Assembly (NCBI GenBank): GCA_050613775.1
Contig: JBODTK010000104.1
Span: 496,001 to 560,000 of the forward strand
Direction of reading: 5' to 3'
Length of the DNA stretch: 64,000 nucleotides
Origin: Neocallimastix sp. 'constans'
Lineage: Eukaryota
Below the pieces are notes generated by a model, which saw only the letters and a list, made by a program, of their open reading frames with translations, made no database searches and was not told the origin of the DNA. Shown here piece after piece: positions 1-16,579 of the stretch; position 1 is the stretch's first letter, and each line of letters begins with the position of its first letter. Position numbers and translations under genes: made by a program.

Positions 1-56
1 ATCATCCTCCAAGATCATTTGATAATCGTCCATCCATGGAGAAACACTATCGTTGA
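1..56 (+). CDS. 3' end of an upstream gene, partial (…HPPRSFDNRPSMEKHYR*)
   Basis: GC-richer open frame 3..56 ending in TGA, followed abruptly by AT-only sequence. No family can be recognised. Confidence 0.5.
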   Translation, partial: HPPRSFDNRPSMEKHYR

Positions 57-99
57 TTTTTGTTTTTTTATTTTCTATATTTTTTAAGAAAGATAGAAA

Positions 100-140
<41 letters not shown>

Positions 141-478
141 AAAATAAAAATAAAAATAAAATAAAATAAAATTATTAATAATAACTCGGAAACTACTAAT
201 TAATAAAATAGAAAATAATAATAATAATAATAGTAATAATAATAGTTATAATAATAGTAATACTAAAAGTTCTAATTACTGAAATAGAAAAAGGAATAAT
301 TATAATAATAATAATAACTATAAAGTTATGTATATATTTAATTGTAAATAAAAATAAATGAAATTATTACTTTATATAATATATTTATATATTTATATTT
401 TTTAATTTATTCAAAAAAATTTAAATTTGGTTTTTATTTTGAAAATAAAAAATATATAAAATGAAAAAAATAAAAGTA

Positions 479-515
<37 letters not shown>

Positions 516-2570
516 AAATCTTTTTATTTCTTTTATTATTATATATTTATTTCAATTTATTTATTTAAATCAAAAATTAAGTTCTGTTAAAAAATGATTA
601 TCTATAATCAATAATTCATAAATAAAATAATAAAAATTATTTAATCGTTTTAAAGTATAATATATATATATATATATATATATAATTATTATTGTTACTA
701 TTACCAATTAGCCATTTTAAATATTTAATATTTAATACAAATTTCAATTTTTTTTTTTTTTTTTTTGTTATTTATTTTTAAAATATTATTTATAAAACAT
801 AATCAATAAATTTATCTTTATAAAATTATATATATATGATATGAATATAAATAATTAAATAATTTTTTTTTATTTTAACATTATTATTATTTTTTATTTG
901 AAAATTATTATTATTTTTTTATTTTAACTTTATTATTTTTTTTTTTTTTTTATATCTTCTTTTCATCTTTTTTAATTCTTATTTTTTTTAATTTTTTTTT
1001 TTTTTTTTAATTTTTAAATTTTTTTAATTTAAAAGATTTAATTAAATGTTACGTTACACAAAAGGAAAACGTTTTTTTATTTATTTAGTTTAAATCTTAT
1101 GAAATTGAAAAAAAATTAAAAAAAAAAAAAAAAAAATTAAAAAAAATTAAATTAAAATAAAAAAATTAAAATAAACTGAAAAGATAAAAAATTTTCGAAA
1201 ATTTTGGTGAATTTTGGTTAAAAATTTTTTTTTATTTGTTTAATTTTTTTTTTAATTTTTTTATATTAGATCTTCAATTCTTTTTTTTTTTTTTATAATT
1301 TAAATGAATAATAAATGAATAAATGAATAATAAATGAATAAATGAATAATAAATAAATATTAATATTTCAAATAATACTTTAATAATATTTATTAATATT
1401 TATTAATGATAAATAATTATTAATAATAATTTAATAATATATATTAATAATAAAATAAATAAATATTAATAATTATTAGTTATCCTATTAAATAAGGTCG
1501 TTTTTAATATTCATAAATTATTTATTAATATTATTTATTAGTATTATACATTTTATATTTATATTGTTTTAAATTTCTTTATATATAATTATATATATTT
1601 CTTTATATTTGTTATATATTTATTTTATTTATTTATTTATTATTTATTTATTCATTTATTTATTAATTTACATTTTTTTTTCTATATAAAATAAAATTTT
1701 TGATTTTTTTTTCTTCTTAATTCTTTAATTTTATTTTTAATTTTATTTTTATTATTTTTTTTTAAAACAATTATAAAAGATAAAATTTCAAATTTCTCTT
1801 TTTATAATTAAAAAATAGAATATATAATAATAAAACAAAATAAATATATATATACATAAATATAAAATCATAAATAAAAAAAATAAATAACAAAAAAAAA
1901 AAAAATATATATATATAACAATTCTTTTTTATATTATTATTCAAAATAATAATAATCATCTGAAAATATTTTATTTATATTTTTAAGCTATTTTAAAAAG
2001 ATTAATCATATAATAATTTACTTTTCATCATTTAGTTTATACTAAAATTTTGATAATAATTAAAAATAATAAATAAATAAATATAAATAAACCTTTTTTT
2101 TATAACCTATTTAATAAAATTACTATCTATAAGCAATGAAATAAAAATAAATGTAAATAAAAAATAAAACTTTAAAAATATTTATATATATATATATATA
2201 TAGTAATTATTAATGATTTAGATAAAAATAAAAATATATATATATAAAGAATTACAAATATAAAATAAAATTTTATTTCATTTCAAAATAAATTATAATA
2301 AAAATAAAAAAACTTATTTTATTTATAATTAATATAGAATATAAATAAATTTATCGAAAATCATTAAAAAAAAAAAATTATCATAATCGAAATAATAAAA
2401 TAAATTTATCGAAATCTATTTAAAAATAAATAAGAATAAAGTAATTATAATAATAATAATAATAATAATACAAACAATAATAAAAAATAAATAATAATAC
2501 TAATTAAAATAAATATTCAAATCTTTTTTGTATTCAAAAAAAAAAAAAAATAGCAATAATAATACATCAT

Positions 2571-2604
<34 letters not shown>

Positions 2605-2858
2605 TTTTTTTATATTTTATTTTATTTTATTTTATTTTATATCATAACATATAAAAAGAGAAATTAAAAAAATAATAATAATAATAAATAAATAAAAAAT
2701 AAATAAATAAATAATATTAAATTATTAATAACAAGAATATTTATTATAATAAAATTTATTATTATTTAAATACCTTAAAATTAAAATATATAAATATATA
2801 AATTTAAGTCGTATAAACTTTTTTTTTGTTGTTATTATTATTATTATAAATTTTGAAA

Positions 2859-3998
2859 ATGGATAAAAGAAAGTTTTCTATAAAAGAAATATTTTCAAAG
2901 AGACCTGGAAAAAAGAATTCAAATCAAGATATGGATGGCATAAATGAAAATTTAAATGGAAATGGGGAGAATGATATGATAAGAGGAAGAATATATATAA
3001 GAGTAAATATGAGTATATATATATATATATTTTTTTTTTAATTTTTTTTTTTTTTTAAAAAAAAAAACAAAAAGAATAGAAGGCAAAAAAATATATTATT
3101 ATATAACATATAAATATATAAATATATATTAATTAAATTTCTTAATTTATTATTATTATCATTATTATTATTATTTTTAAATCAAATAAATATATAATTA
3201 ATTTATTTATGAAATAATATTATAATAAAACTATAAAAACAAAAATAATAATAAAACAAAATATAAATTAAAAAAAAAAAATAAAATAAAAAAAAATAGT
3301 TGGTAGAAGCCCATGGAATACCTTTACCAAATTCAAATTCTAAACCATATTGTGTGGTTGAAATAGAAAAAAATGAATTTATTACAAGAGAAGCTGTTAA
3401 GAGTGAATTAAATACAATAGATAATGGAAATTATAAAGATTCAATACCTACATTTAACTTGTTATGGAATCATGATGCTGCATTGTATGAAAATAAATTA
3501 AAGACTATATAAATATATATATATATATAAATAAAAAATATAGACATATAAAAAAATATAGAAAAATATAAATAAATATTTAGAGAGAAATATATAGATA
3601 GATTTTATATATAAAACATAAATATAATGTTTATATATATATATCAAAATATAATACTAAAAATTTTTAAACTGAAATATATATATATATATAAATAAAA
3701 AAGTGATGTCGTAGGAACAGATAATGAAGTCACAGTATCTATGTATGATCGTTCAAATTCACAACCAGAGATATTTTTAGGAATTGTTAAAATTCGTTTA
3801 CCAGCAGTACATGGAAAATTACATGATAATTGGTTTAAGTAAGTTAAAAAATATATATATATAAAAAATTATATTTAAAGAAATTTCAGTGAAATTAAAA
3901 AAGAAAAAGAAAAAAAAAAAAAAAAAAAAAAGAGATTTTAAATATTAATGAAAATAATAATAAATTGGTAAATTTTAATAATAATGATAATAATAATA

Positions 3999-4036
<38 letters not shown>

Positions 4037-6010
4037 TTGATGCCAAGACAAGTAAATGAAGAAATTAGAGGAGAAGTTCGTTTACAATTAATGTATTGCA
4101 AAATTGAGGTATTATAAATCGAATATTAATAATAAAACATAATAATTTTTATTTGTTCTTTTTTTTTTATATATATATATATTATTAATATTTTTATTAT
4201 TATTATTTATGTGATTTGCTTATAAATGTATAATTATATTTATATATTTAAATTTATGATTTATAATATTAATTTATAAATTTTATTAATGATAAACATT
4301 ATTATATATTTTATTTAATTTTTTTTAAATATTTTGGAAAATTATATATATTTTTATATAAAATTAGCATCGTGCACTATCTTCAGATGACTTTGAACTT
4401 CTTAAAGTTATAGGAAAAGGAAGTTTAGGAAAGGTAATTCATATATAATATTCATTAAAATTTTATGAAATAGTAAATAAATAAATAAATAATAGTCATT
4501 AATAAATAATTAAAAAATAATATAATAAATAGTAATAAAAATAATAATAAATAATAATAATATTAATTATAACAATGATAATAAATAATAATAATAACGA
4601 TAAATAATAATATAATAATATATATATATATATATATAATTTTTAAAAAGGTACTACAAGTTAGAAAAAAAGATACCAATAGAATTTATGCAATGAAAGT
4701 ATTAAATAAAAAAGAACTTGTGAAACAACAAGAAGTTAAACATATACTCTCAGAAAGAAATGTATTAATAAAAAATTCCTCACCATTTTTAGTTAGTTTA
4801 AAATTTTCTTTTCAAACCCCACAAAAATTATATCTTATTTTGGATTATGTAAATGGTGGGGAACTCTTTTATCATTTACAAAAAGAAACTTCTTTTGATG
4901 AAGAAAGAGCAAAATTTTATACAGCTGAACTTGTTTTAGCCTTAGGACATTTACATAAATATAATATTATATACAGAGATTTAAAACCCGAGGTATTTAA
5001 AATAAAATAAAATAAAATAATTTTAATTTTGAAAATAGAAATAAATAAATAAATAAATAAATAATGAAAATAAGAAATAAAATAAATTAAAAAAATAAAA
5101 ATAAAAATATAAAATAAAAAAAAAAAAAATAGAAAAATAGAAATAAAAACATAAATTCATAATAATAATAATAATAATAATAATATATAATTTATTAATA
5201 TATATAATATATAATATATATCATTATTAATATTATCATTTAATTATACTAAATATCTAAAAAATAAAATATATTTATAATAAATTGTAATGATAATTCA
5301 ATTGATTTTATAGAATGTCTTATTAGATGGAACAGGCCATATTGCTTTAACTGATTTTGGTTTATGTAAAGAAAATGTTTCATTTAATGAAACGACCAAT
5401 ACGTTTTGTGGTACAGCAGAGTGAGTTATTATTAAACCAATATAAAAATATAAACAGTAGTAATAAAGATAATAATGCAAATAATTATAATAAAAATTAA
5501 ACTTTAAATATATATATATATAATTCATAAATCATTAGATATTTAGCTCCTGAAGTACTAGAAAGAAAAGGATATGGTAAAGCTGTAGATTGGTGGTCTT
5601 TAGGAATATTATTTTTTGGTAAATTAAATAAACTAAAATATAAAATGAAAAAAATTTAATTAATAAAAAAAAAAAAAAAAAAAAGAAAAAATATTAATAA
5701 TGCATTTAAATATAAATTTAATATAGTGATTAATAATTTTTTTTTTTATATATGAAATAAATAAATAAATTTATATATATATATTTTAAAGAAATGACAA
5801 CTGGTTTACCACCATTTTATTCTGATAATATTAATACTATGTATAAAAAAATTATGCAAAATCAAATTACCTTCCCATCAAATTATTCAGAAAAAGCGCA
5901 ATCTCTTGTAAGAGGGGTAAATAATCTGTTTTATTTATTTATTTATTTTTTATGATTTATTAGGTTATTTTAATTAATTAATTATTTATTCATTCATTTA
6001 TTTATTTATA

Positions 6011-6086
<76 letters not shown>

Positions 6087-6886
6087 TACTATTATAAATA
6101 TTATTTTATATTTATATAAATTTATAAACATAATAAAATGTTTATGTGTGAATTAATTTATTTAATTAAAATTATTTCAATAATTAAATAGTTACTAGAA
6201 AAAGATCCTAATCGTAGATTAGGTGGTGGTCTTGATGATGCAGAAGAAGTAAAAACTCATCCAATATTCTATAATATAAATTGGCATATGTTATATAAAA
6301 AACAAATAAAGCCACCTTTCAAACCAAAAATAGAATCAGAAGCAGATACATCAAACTTTGATCCTATGTTTACGAACGCCACCCCAATTGATTCATTACC
6401 AAATACATCATCCGCACCACTTAGTGATACCTTACAACAAAACTTTGAAGGTTTTACCTATACTAATGAAATGTCAACACAGGTAACTAATTTTAGCATA
6501 AAAAAATTTTTTTATCTACACATATTTAATATATATATTTACATTAAAATTATGAAAATATATTATAATAATAAATTCATATATTATTTATATTTATTAT
6601 TATGATTATTAATCAAATTGTTATTAATATAATTTTTATTATTATTTAATAATAATCTATATAAAAATTGTTTATTAAAAAATATATTTTTTTTTTTCTT
6701 GTAATTTTATTATGTCTTTTTATATCTTTTTATTTTTTTATATTAAAATAGTCTGTAAGTAGTGATATGATTAGTGTTGGCAGTTCAAGTAATTATTCCT
6801 ATTCTTCAAGAATGGATATAACACCAGCTAATACTGGTTCAAAATTGAAATCCTCATATGGTAGTTATATGAGTATATCTCCATAA
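2859..6886 (+). CDS. AGC Ser/Thr kinase with N-terminal C2 domain (Sch9/Ypk1/SGK-like), 11 exons
   Basis: GT-AG exons 2859-3002, 3300-3484, 3704-3838, 4036-4108, 4368-4433, 4651-4992, 5314-5420, 5539-5618, 5792-5916, 6192-6482 and 6752-6886 join in frame. Kinase motifs: IGKGSFGKV, YAMK, YRDLKPEN, DFG, TFCGTAEYLAPE, DWWSLG, PPFKP..DTSNFD and hydrophobic motif FEGFTY. The C2-like WNHDAAFDV…FLGIVKI…WFKL…GEVRL most resembles Sch9. Confidence 0.92.
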
Positions 6887-7009
6887 TATATATATTAATA
6901 ATTATATATAAATATATATATATTTAAAAATTAAATATATATATATTAATTTTAATAAGAACAAAAAAAAAAAATTAAGAATTAATATTAAAATTAGTAA
7001 TAATAATAG

Positions 7010-7063
<54 letters not shown>

Positions 7064-7338
7064 GAAAAGAAAAAATAATAATTATATTAATTATAATAAT
7101 ATAACTATTATTTATTTATTTATTTATTTTAATATAAATTAAATCAATAGTAGTAATATATATATATTTTTTTATTCAATTAATATCAATTACTATTAGA
7201 AATAAAAAAAAAAAAAAAAAAAAAAGTATCTATTATATTCAACAATAACAATAACAATAACAAAAAAAAAAAAAAAAAAAAAGAAAAAAAAAATTATTAA
7301 ATTAATGTATACCTTTATAATAATTAAAATTATGAAAA

Positions 7339-7369
<31 letters not shown>

Positions 7370-7698
7370 GAAAAGATATAATATAATTATATATGAACAA
7401 ATTAACTGAATATTAACATATAACATATAGAATATATATATATATATAATTAATATAAAAAAAAAATCAAAATTATATATATATATTATTTAAAATAAAA
7501 ATTAAAATTAAAAAAAAAAAAAAAAATAATAATAATAATAAATAAATAAAAAATAAAAATAAAGAAAAAAAAAATAATAATAATAAATAAATAAAAAATA
7601 AAAATAAAGAAAAAAAAAATAAAATATAAAATATAAATAAAGAATAATAAAGAATAAATAACAAATGATATAGTTTAAAATAAAATAAAATAAAAAAA

Positions 7699-7730
<32 letters not shown>

Positions 7731-8075
7731 AACATCTTTTTAGAAAAAAAAATAATATATAAAAAATATTATATATTTATATATATATATAAATGAACTA
7801 AAAAGCAATGCAATACAATGAAACATCTATTATATATTTTATTTTAGTGTATCTTCTATTTATTATTTAATATCCATTATTTATATAAAGAAAAAAAATT
7901 TTTTTTTGGATATATATCTATATCTATATCTATACATATTTTATAATAATCCTTTATTTTATATTTTATTTTATTTTATTTTTATTTTTATTTTTATTTT
8001 TATTTTTATTTTTATTTTTATTTTTCTTTTATAAATTTTATATTTATAATTAATTTTATTTATTTATTTTTATTT

Positions 8076-8110
<35 letters not shown>

Positions 8111-8284
8111 CTTTTTCTAAATAGATTTAATTATTTTATTTTATTAATTAATTTATTGATTGTTTTATATGTTTTATATTTTAATTTCAATTTTTATTTT
8201 TATTTCAATTTTTTTTTATTTTTTAGTTATTATTTTTTTTTTTTTATTATTATTAGTATTTTTCATTATTTCATTATTTCATTA

Positions 8285-8319
<35 letters not shown>

Positions 8320-8326
8320 TTTTTTT

Positions 8327-9607
8327 TTATTTTTTATTTTGATTTCTTTTAGTAATATCCGGACTTGCCCATCCAAAGAAACTGGAGGTTAAAGATTGGG
8401 CCCAGGAATTGGCATTATCGGTGACTGAACTGGAAAGAGTAGAAATTAAATTACTACCGGTACTATTAATACTTGATTTTAAATTGGTGGTAGAAGCATT
8501 AGCACTATTATTCTTGGAGGTATTTTCTGAAGTATTAGCGGTAGAAATATTCTTTAAAATTTGAATCTTTGGACGTTCTTTGGAAGCATAACCTCCTCCT
8601 TTACTTCCACTACTACTATTATTATTCTTTGGTTGTGATTTCAAATCTGATCCAATAATAATATTATTCTTTTCATTAAAGTTTTCTAGTATATATTAAA
8701 AAAAAAAAAATATATATATATATACATAAAAAGGTTAAAAGGTTCAAAAAAAAAAAAAATTTTAGAAAAGATAATAATTAATAATTTTAATATTAAATAA
8801 TTTAATAATTAATAATAATAAATAATAATAAATAATAAATAATAAATAATATATAATAATTATATAATAATAATTATTAATATAATATTAATAATATAAT
8901 TTTATTTTAATTAATATTTTTAAAAAAAAATTTTTTTTGTGTTATTACCATTATTGGATATATTAATAACAGGAAAGATAGAAAATCTTTGACATTGTGG
9001 TGCAAGAGAAATTGTATTTACATGCTCCATATTAATACTTAATCTTTAAAAATAAATAAATAATATAATATAATATAATATAATATAATATAATATAATA
9101 TAATATAATATAATATAATATAATATAATATAATATAATATAATTAATAATAATAATTAATAATTATTATAATATATATTTATGAATATATTAAGATATT
9201 AGAAAATAATTTATATATAGCAAAAAAAAAATTATTGTTGTTATTGGAATAAATACCTTTCTGTAGAAGATTGATTAAAGATTAATAAGGTACCAAGTAG
9301 TATATTAATTCTGTAATAATAACCATCAATATTTGAATTAATATTTTTTTCAAAGAAAGCAAAATTAATTGGATCAATCTATTGGTTTGTTTTATTTTTA
9401 TAATAATAATAATATAATAATTTAATAATAATATATAATAAATGATATATAATATAAAATATATAACAAATGATAAATGATATATAATAATAATAAATAA
9501 TATATAATATATAATAAATAATATATAATAAAAAAAAGTTTTAAAATTAATAAAAAATCAATAAATACTAATAATAATAAATTAATATTTAATAAATTTT
9601 AATAATA

Positions 9608-9645
<38 letters not shown>

Positions 9646-10452
9646 TACACTTGAAATAATTCTTCGAATTAATTGCTTAAATAAATTATTTTGTTCATCA
9701 CATTTATAGGTATTCCAATATCCTTCAAATATTTTTACAAAGAATCTCATATCACTATATAATTGTAATTTTCCTTCTTCTGAAATATTATTCATATCAT
9801 ATTGATCAATAAATTCATTATATAATTTTATGGTATTTGCGGCTAATTGATCTAATAATTTACTTGTTAAATTCTAATATATATATATATTTATTTATTT
9901 ATATAATCATTAAAAATAAATAAATGAATAAATAATTATTTATTTATTTATTTTTATTATTTTTATTATTTTATTTTTATTACTTTATTTTTATTACTTT
10001 ATTTTTATTTTTTATTTTATTTTATTTATTTATATATAATTAATTACCTTATTAATAAAGCATCCATTAATTTTATTCATTTCTTTACTAACCATGAATA
10101 AAGATTCTAAAATATATGAGGACATTTGTGTTGGTAATAGAACATCATCACCAGTATTCTTATTATGTTTATTAACTAATTACAAAAAAAATATATATAT
10201 ATATATATATATTAATTTTTTATTGATACAGTGATACATACATATTTATTTATATTTCATATTTATAATATATATATTTACCTTCCCATAAGTTTTTAAA
10301 TTTAGTAACATTATTCCAATCTTCATTCTTAATATTACTAGATATACTTTCACAATATTTTGATATCACCCAACTTATCCAGGGATTATAGGATTCCAAT
10401 TTAGTTTGTTCCATAACTTTATGAATATTTTGATATTGTTCAAATGCTAAAT

Positions 10453-10502
<50 letters not shown>

Positions 10503-10594
10503 CATATATAATAATTATTTATTATATTTATTTATTTAAAATTAATAATAAATAAAAGAATATTATGAAACTTTAATAAAAAAAAAAAAAATAA

Positions 10595-10634
<40 letters not shown>

Positions 10635-11214
10635 TATAATATAATAAAATATGATATAATAAAAATAATAAAATAAAATAAAATAAAATAAAATAAAATA
10701 ATAAAAATTATTAATAGTTTTTATTACAATTTGAAGTAGGATTTGGCATATAACTAATTATATTTCTATTTTTATCAGTATTTTCTGAATAATCTAATAG
10801 CATAGTTTTTAAATATTGTGAATTTTCTAAGAGACCTCCTGCAATCTTTCCTAAGAATATGGATTGATCAATAAGATCTTATATATTTATATATATTTAT
10901 ATATATTTATTTATTTATTATTATTATTATTTTTTTTAATGAAAGTCATTAATTTATAAAATATTTATGTTATATAATTTAATTTTATAACAATATATAA
11001 TTTATATATGTATATTATATTATATATATTATAATGTAGAGTTATGCATATATTATATAGTATATACTTTTCTTTTCTTTGGTATCTGAAGCATATTGTT
11101 TTGAATAATCTACCAATATTGATTTTATTTCATCATTTAATTTATATATACTAGATACTACAAGCTCGCGAGAATTCTTTAAAAAGTCTTCGGTATCCCT
11201 ATATTTTATATTTG

Positions 11215-11256
<42 letters not shown>

Positions 11257-11878
11257 CATTAAATTTTTAAAAAAGTTGAAAAAAATTTTTTTTATATTAT
11301 TATTCAAAATCATAATTAAGAATACGTTTATGATAATCTATTTAACTATTATTTAACAATTATTTATTTAATATTATTTTTTGTAATTTTTTTTTTTTTC
11401 TTCTTCACTATTATATCATTAAAATTTATTATTATTTCTTTATATTTATAATTTATATTAATTTATATATTTATGTATTAATATTATTACTTTTTAAAAC
11501 TCCATCTATCTCTTTCTTCTTCGGTTAAATTAATTAATGTTCCTTGATTAAATATTAATTCATTAATTAATTCATCTAAATGATTGGAATCAAAAATAAT
11601 AATGGAGTTCAAATCATTTTTAATATCAAGTATATTTTTATCAAATTCGGCATAAACCTCTTTGATAAGTGGAATATTAGAAGTAGTTCTTTCAACTAAA
11701 TTTTGTATATCAATGTTCATATTAATTAATTTTTCGGTATCCCAAATATATGTGCCCACATCTTTTTCTTTTATTTATACATATAAATAAATAAAAATTA
11801 TTATAAAAATATTTTTTTTAAAAAAAAATTATAAATAATAATACATTTAATATATAAATATATTAAAACATTTATTTG

Positions 11879-11946
<68 letters not shown>

Positions 11947-13065
11947 ACAATAATAATTATAAATAAATATATAAATATATACCATAACTATTTCTATTAT
12001 TTATTTTTTTGATATAATCTTGTAATTTTTCTTTAAAGTTTTGAACAAATTTATCAAACATTAAATTCATAATTTCTTTTATTCTAGAATTAATAAGTTC
12101 TCTAAATATGGTATCCCAAATAGAATAATTCTTGTTCAATAATTTATTGCATGTCTATTAATTTTTTTTTTTAAATTATGAGAGTAATAAATAGAAATAC
12201 ATAAAAAAAAATTATAGATTTTATTAGTAAAAAAAAAAAAAATTTTTTTTTTTTAATTTTAATAAACATAAATATATTAATGAAATATTATATAATATTA
12301 TATATTTTTTTAATAGTTTATATATATATATATAATTACTTCATTCCATTCATTATTGGATTGAATAATATTATTTAATTGTTCTTCATCGGATTCATTA
12401 GTACATTTAACATTTTCTTTTTTAAGAATGATACTATTACAATTTACTTCATCCTTATTTAATAACATGACAATAGTCTTTCTAATATTTGAGATATTTT
12501 CTCCAGATGATATTTGTTGTAATAATACTTTACATTCTTTCTGTATATCTTGATTTAATTGATTAATCCAACGACTAAATTCTTCTTGAATGCAAGCTTG
12601 ATCACATTTATTAACTGATTGTTTATTTAATTGAGAATGGAATAGTGGTGCATATTTTTGAATAATTTCAGGTAAATATCTATAAATAATGTGAATATTG
12701 GTTTTTTCAGAATAAAGTCCAATAATAAATTGACCTTTCTGATGAAGAGTTCTTTCATTATCATTTTCATTGATTTGAAGTCCTTTTTGAAGATCTCTTA
12801 AATATGTTTCTAATAAAGAAATATCAGATGAATTATTTGGAATAAAAGTTTGTTGAATATGTAACATGGTAATTTTAATCATTTTTATTAATTCACATAA
12901 ATGTTCTGATAGAGTAGTAGTAATTGTTTTATAACTAGATAAAAATTCCATTATTCCTTGTTTTCTTTTTTCTAAAAAGATTTTTAAAACATCATTAATA
13001 GAAACATTATGTAAAAGCATTACTGCACATAAAGTTTCAGCAACACTCTTTTGAAATTATATTTT

Positions 13066-13104
<39 letters not shown>

Positions 13105-14655
13105 GTTGTGTTTTTTAATAATAATAATAATACATATATTTAATATTAAAATTATAAATAATATAATTTATATGCATATATAACGGTATATAAAATATTA
13201 CAATGAAAAAATTATAATTAATATTATTTTTATATACCTTTTGTTATTAATCTATTTATGACTTACATTTTTATTTTGATAAATAAATTTTAGATAGGAA
13301 ATACTTTTCTCTAAAATATTGGATCTGAACTGACTTACAGCTACCCATTGCTTTTGAATAATAGGAAAAGTACTCTTATTTTTATTAATAAGGATAAAAA
13401 TAATAAAAGTTATGATAAATTATATATATATATATAAATTTATTTTTTAATTTAAAAAACTATTTTTTATATTATTTTTGTTTTTATTTTATTTTATTTT
13501 ATTTTATTTTATTTTATTTTTTAATTAAGTTATTATTTCATTTTAAAAATTGTTCTTAAATTACCATAATTTTTAAATGTTTAGCTTCTTCACTAGATTG
13601 TAAATGTTTATATACCAATTTTGCTATCATATATAAACATGCAGCTTTTAAGTATTTATGATTTTCCAATGCATTCCAAATCTTTTTTAATAAAAAATTA
13701 TTACCATATATTGAATTATTAAATTTTTTATTAATTTCATATATCTACAAGAAGTTATATTTATTTGAGAATAATATTAAATTTTTATTTCCATTTTATC
13801 ATTACTTGTTCAGGAGTATCCACCAAAAGTTTAATTTCGGCAGCAATTGGATATATTAATTTCTTTTTTTCCTCTAAATAGAGAATTAATATTAATTTGA
13901 AATTTTAATAAGATATAATAATAAAATATATATATATATATATATATTTTCATTGAAATTATTTCTATTATCATTATCATATTTATATATTAATTTTTAT
14001 TTTTTATTTACCTATAACTTTATCAACACCTTCTTCATTTTGAATTTTAATTTTATTTTTCAAATTTGAAATATTACTATAATCTTGAAGATAATTAAAT
14101 TTTTCATTAATTTCTTTTGCACAAGTTCGCATTTCCATAATTGAATCAGCAGCATCAATTAAATCTCTATATCTTTCACTGATAATTTTTTAAAATTTTG
14201 TTTTCATTGTAATCATAAAAAAAGTTTCCATATATTAATAATTTGAAAATAATTATTTTAATGATAAATATATATAAAAATCATGTATATAATAAATTTT
14301 GAAATTAAAATATTAAAACCAATTTTAATCATATATATATATATATTTTATATACAAATTATTATCTTTTCTTACCCAACCATAATTCTTAATTCCTGTT
14401 TTTTAGACTCGATATCAGTCCTTTTTAATTAAGTAAAAAAAAAAATAAATAATTTAATACTTTCTATAAAAATATAAATATAACAACATAATACTAATAA
14501 TATAATTAATGTATATATATAATTCAATAATCTTTATACCTTATTTGAGACTCGTATTTCTTTAAATTTTTAATTGTCATTGTCTTAAACAATGTTTCTA
14601 CTTCCTCAGTAACATCATTTTCTTTCTCCATATCTTCGACATTTTCATTTTGCAT
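8327..14655 (-). CDS. COG1: Conserved oligomeric Golgi complex subunit 1 (COG1; Vps51/Vps67-type N-terminus), multi-exon
   Basis: ATG at 14655. The spliced N-terminus gives DIESKKQELRIMVG|ERYRDLIDAADSIMEM, IKLLVDTPEQ|IWNALE and FPIIQKQWVAVSQFRSNIL…SVAETLCAVMLL, all typical of COG1. ORFs 12310-13020, 11957-12139, 11487-11759, 9613-9795 and 8327-8644 are its exons. Confidence 0.88.
9058..9142. repeat. (AATAT)n pentanucleotide microsatellite inside a COG1 intron
   Basis: Perfect taata/aatat run seen directly. Confidence 0.9.
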
Positions 14656-16543
14656 TTTATTTATTTATTTTATTTTATATAAATATTAAGTTATTTCTCT
14701 TTTTTTTTTTTTTTTTTTTAATTAAAATATAAAAAATAAATATATCATTAAATAAATATAAAGTAATAATTTTTTTAATTATATCTCAATAATAATTATT
14801 ATTATTATTATTATTTTTTACTATTTTAAATAAAATTGAAATGAATAAATTACAGATTGATTTTAAAATGTAATTTTAAAATTTATTTTTTCTCTATCTA
14901 TTATATAATCTTTTATTTATTTTTAAATTAATATAATAATATGAATAAATTAAATAAATATACATATAATAAAAATTTTATTAATAATAAATATTAATCA
15001 TACACTATTGATTAATATATTAAAAGTATAAATTTCAATATAAATGTTTACATATATTATTATATGTAAAAATTTTTATAAAGGATTATTTTATATTAAT
15101 CCTTCACTCTGTTATAATTTTTTTTTTTAACTATATAACTTTTTGATATTAAAAGCTGATGTTTATTAGTTTAATTAGAAATTTTTGGTATTCAACTACA
15201 TCACTTAGGCTTTTTTTTTTTTTTTTGTTTTATTAAAGCTTTTAAAATCCTTTAAAGTATTATACGAAAGATCAATAATATATATGTCAAATACTTTTAT
15301 TTTAATATAAAAAAAATAAATGAGTTATATAGAATTGCATTTCGCCAAATTTTTTTCTTGTGGCGTATTACATAAATGTTGCATTTCAAACTAAATAAAA
15401 TAAATAAGTAAATTTCTTATATATTATATATTATATTTTTTTATCTTTTATTCATTTTTTTAATTTTTTTTTTTTTTTTTTTTTTACTTATGGTGCAATC
15501 CATTTTATTCTAAAAATAATATATTTATTTATTTTTTTATTTAAATAATATTTATTAAAACAAACAATTCATTGTATGAAATTTTATTCTTTTGTATAAA
15601 TATATTATTACCATTATCTTTGTTATCTTCTTATTATCTAATTCTTTATATTCTTTAAATATATTTAAATGAAAAATTGTATTATGATTATGTTTTTATT
15701 TTAAAATATATATATATATATATTCTTTAAAATAAATAGAATTTTATTTTATACATTATTTTTATGATTTGTTTAAGAATATAAGTCTAAAAGTATTCTT
15801 TAAAAATAAAACTACATATTATTTTTATAGATCTTTTTAAGAAAGCAATCCTTTCTAACACCAATTATTTCTGTAAAATTATTACTATATAATATATAAA
15901 TATTTTAAATTGATATTATTCTAACTTTCTCCATGATATTATCGAAAGAAATAAAAAAATAAAAAAATATTAAATTCTAAATTATCCATACAATAAAACT
16001 TTATATTCTAATAAATTAATAAATGTAAAAAACTAACAAATATTTTATTTGAACATAATTAATTTTTTAGATACTTTACATTTATAAATGTTTAAAAAAA
16101 ATTTTTTTTTTTTTTTTAATATATATTTTATTTACTCATTAAAATAAAGTTTTGATGATCTTTAATAGTCTTTTAGTTTAAAAATATTTATATTTATTTA
16201 TGATTATTAAATATTGAATAATAAAATACTAAATACATTTTAATCCAAACTTCTCTATGATTATAGAAAATTTATTTTTATTAACTTAAATAATTAAATT
16301 TGATTATACAAATTAAAATGAATACTTTTTTTTTCCTCAATCTTAATAATCAATTATAAAGGAAAAGAGAAAAAAAAAAAAAAAAGTAAAGCTAATAGAA
16401 AAAAAAAAACTAAATGAACTTTTTTTGTATTTTTTTTATTAATTTTTTGTTTAAATTATAGTGTTAAATACGTAGAATTATTTCTTAAAAGAATTGTAAA
16501 AATTATAAAATTAATATAGTACTGAATTCAGTTTTCATAAACG

Positions 16544-16579
<36 letters not shown>

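Noticed and set aside
7196..8392. Cluster of F/Y/I/L-rich short ORFs (also 1771, 3895, 24945, 25698, 26569, 26621, 46120, 54577, 62155)
   Set aside because: These are chance stop-free frames in AT-rich UTR, intron or microsatellite DNA.
15340..15349. TTTCGCCAAA, an E2F-like site in the COG1/CID divergent intergenic region
   Set aside because: It is an imperfect single match, far from both start codons.
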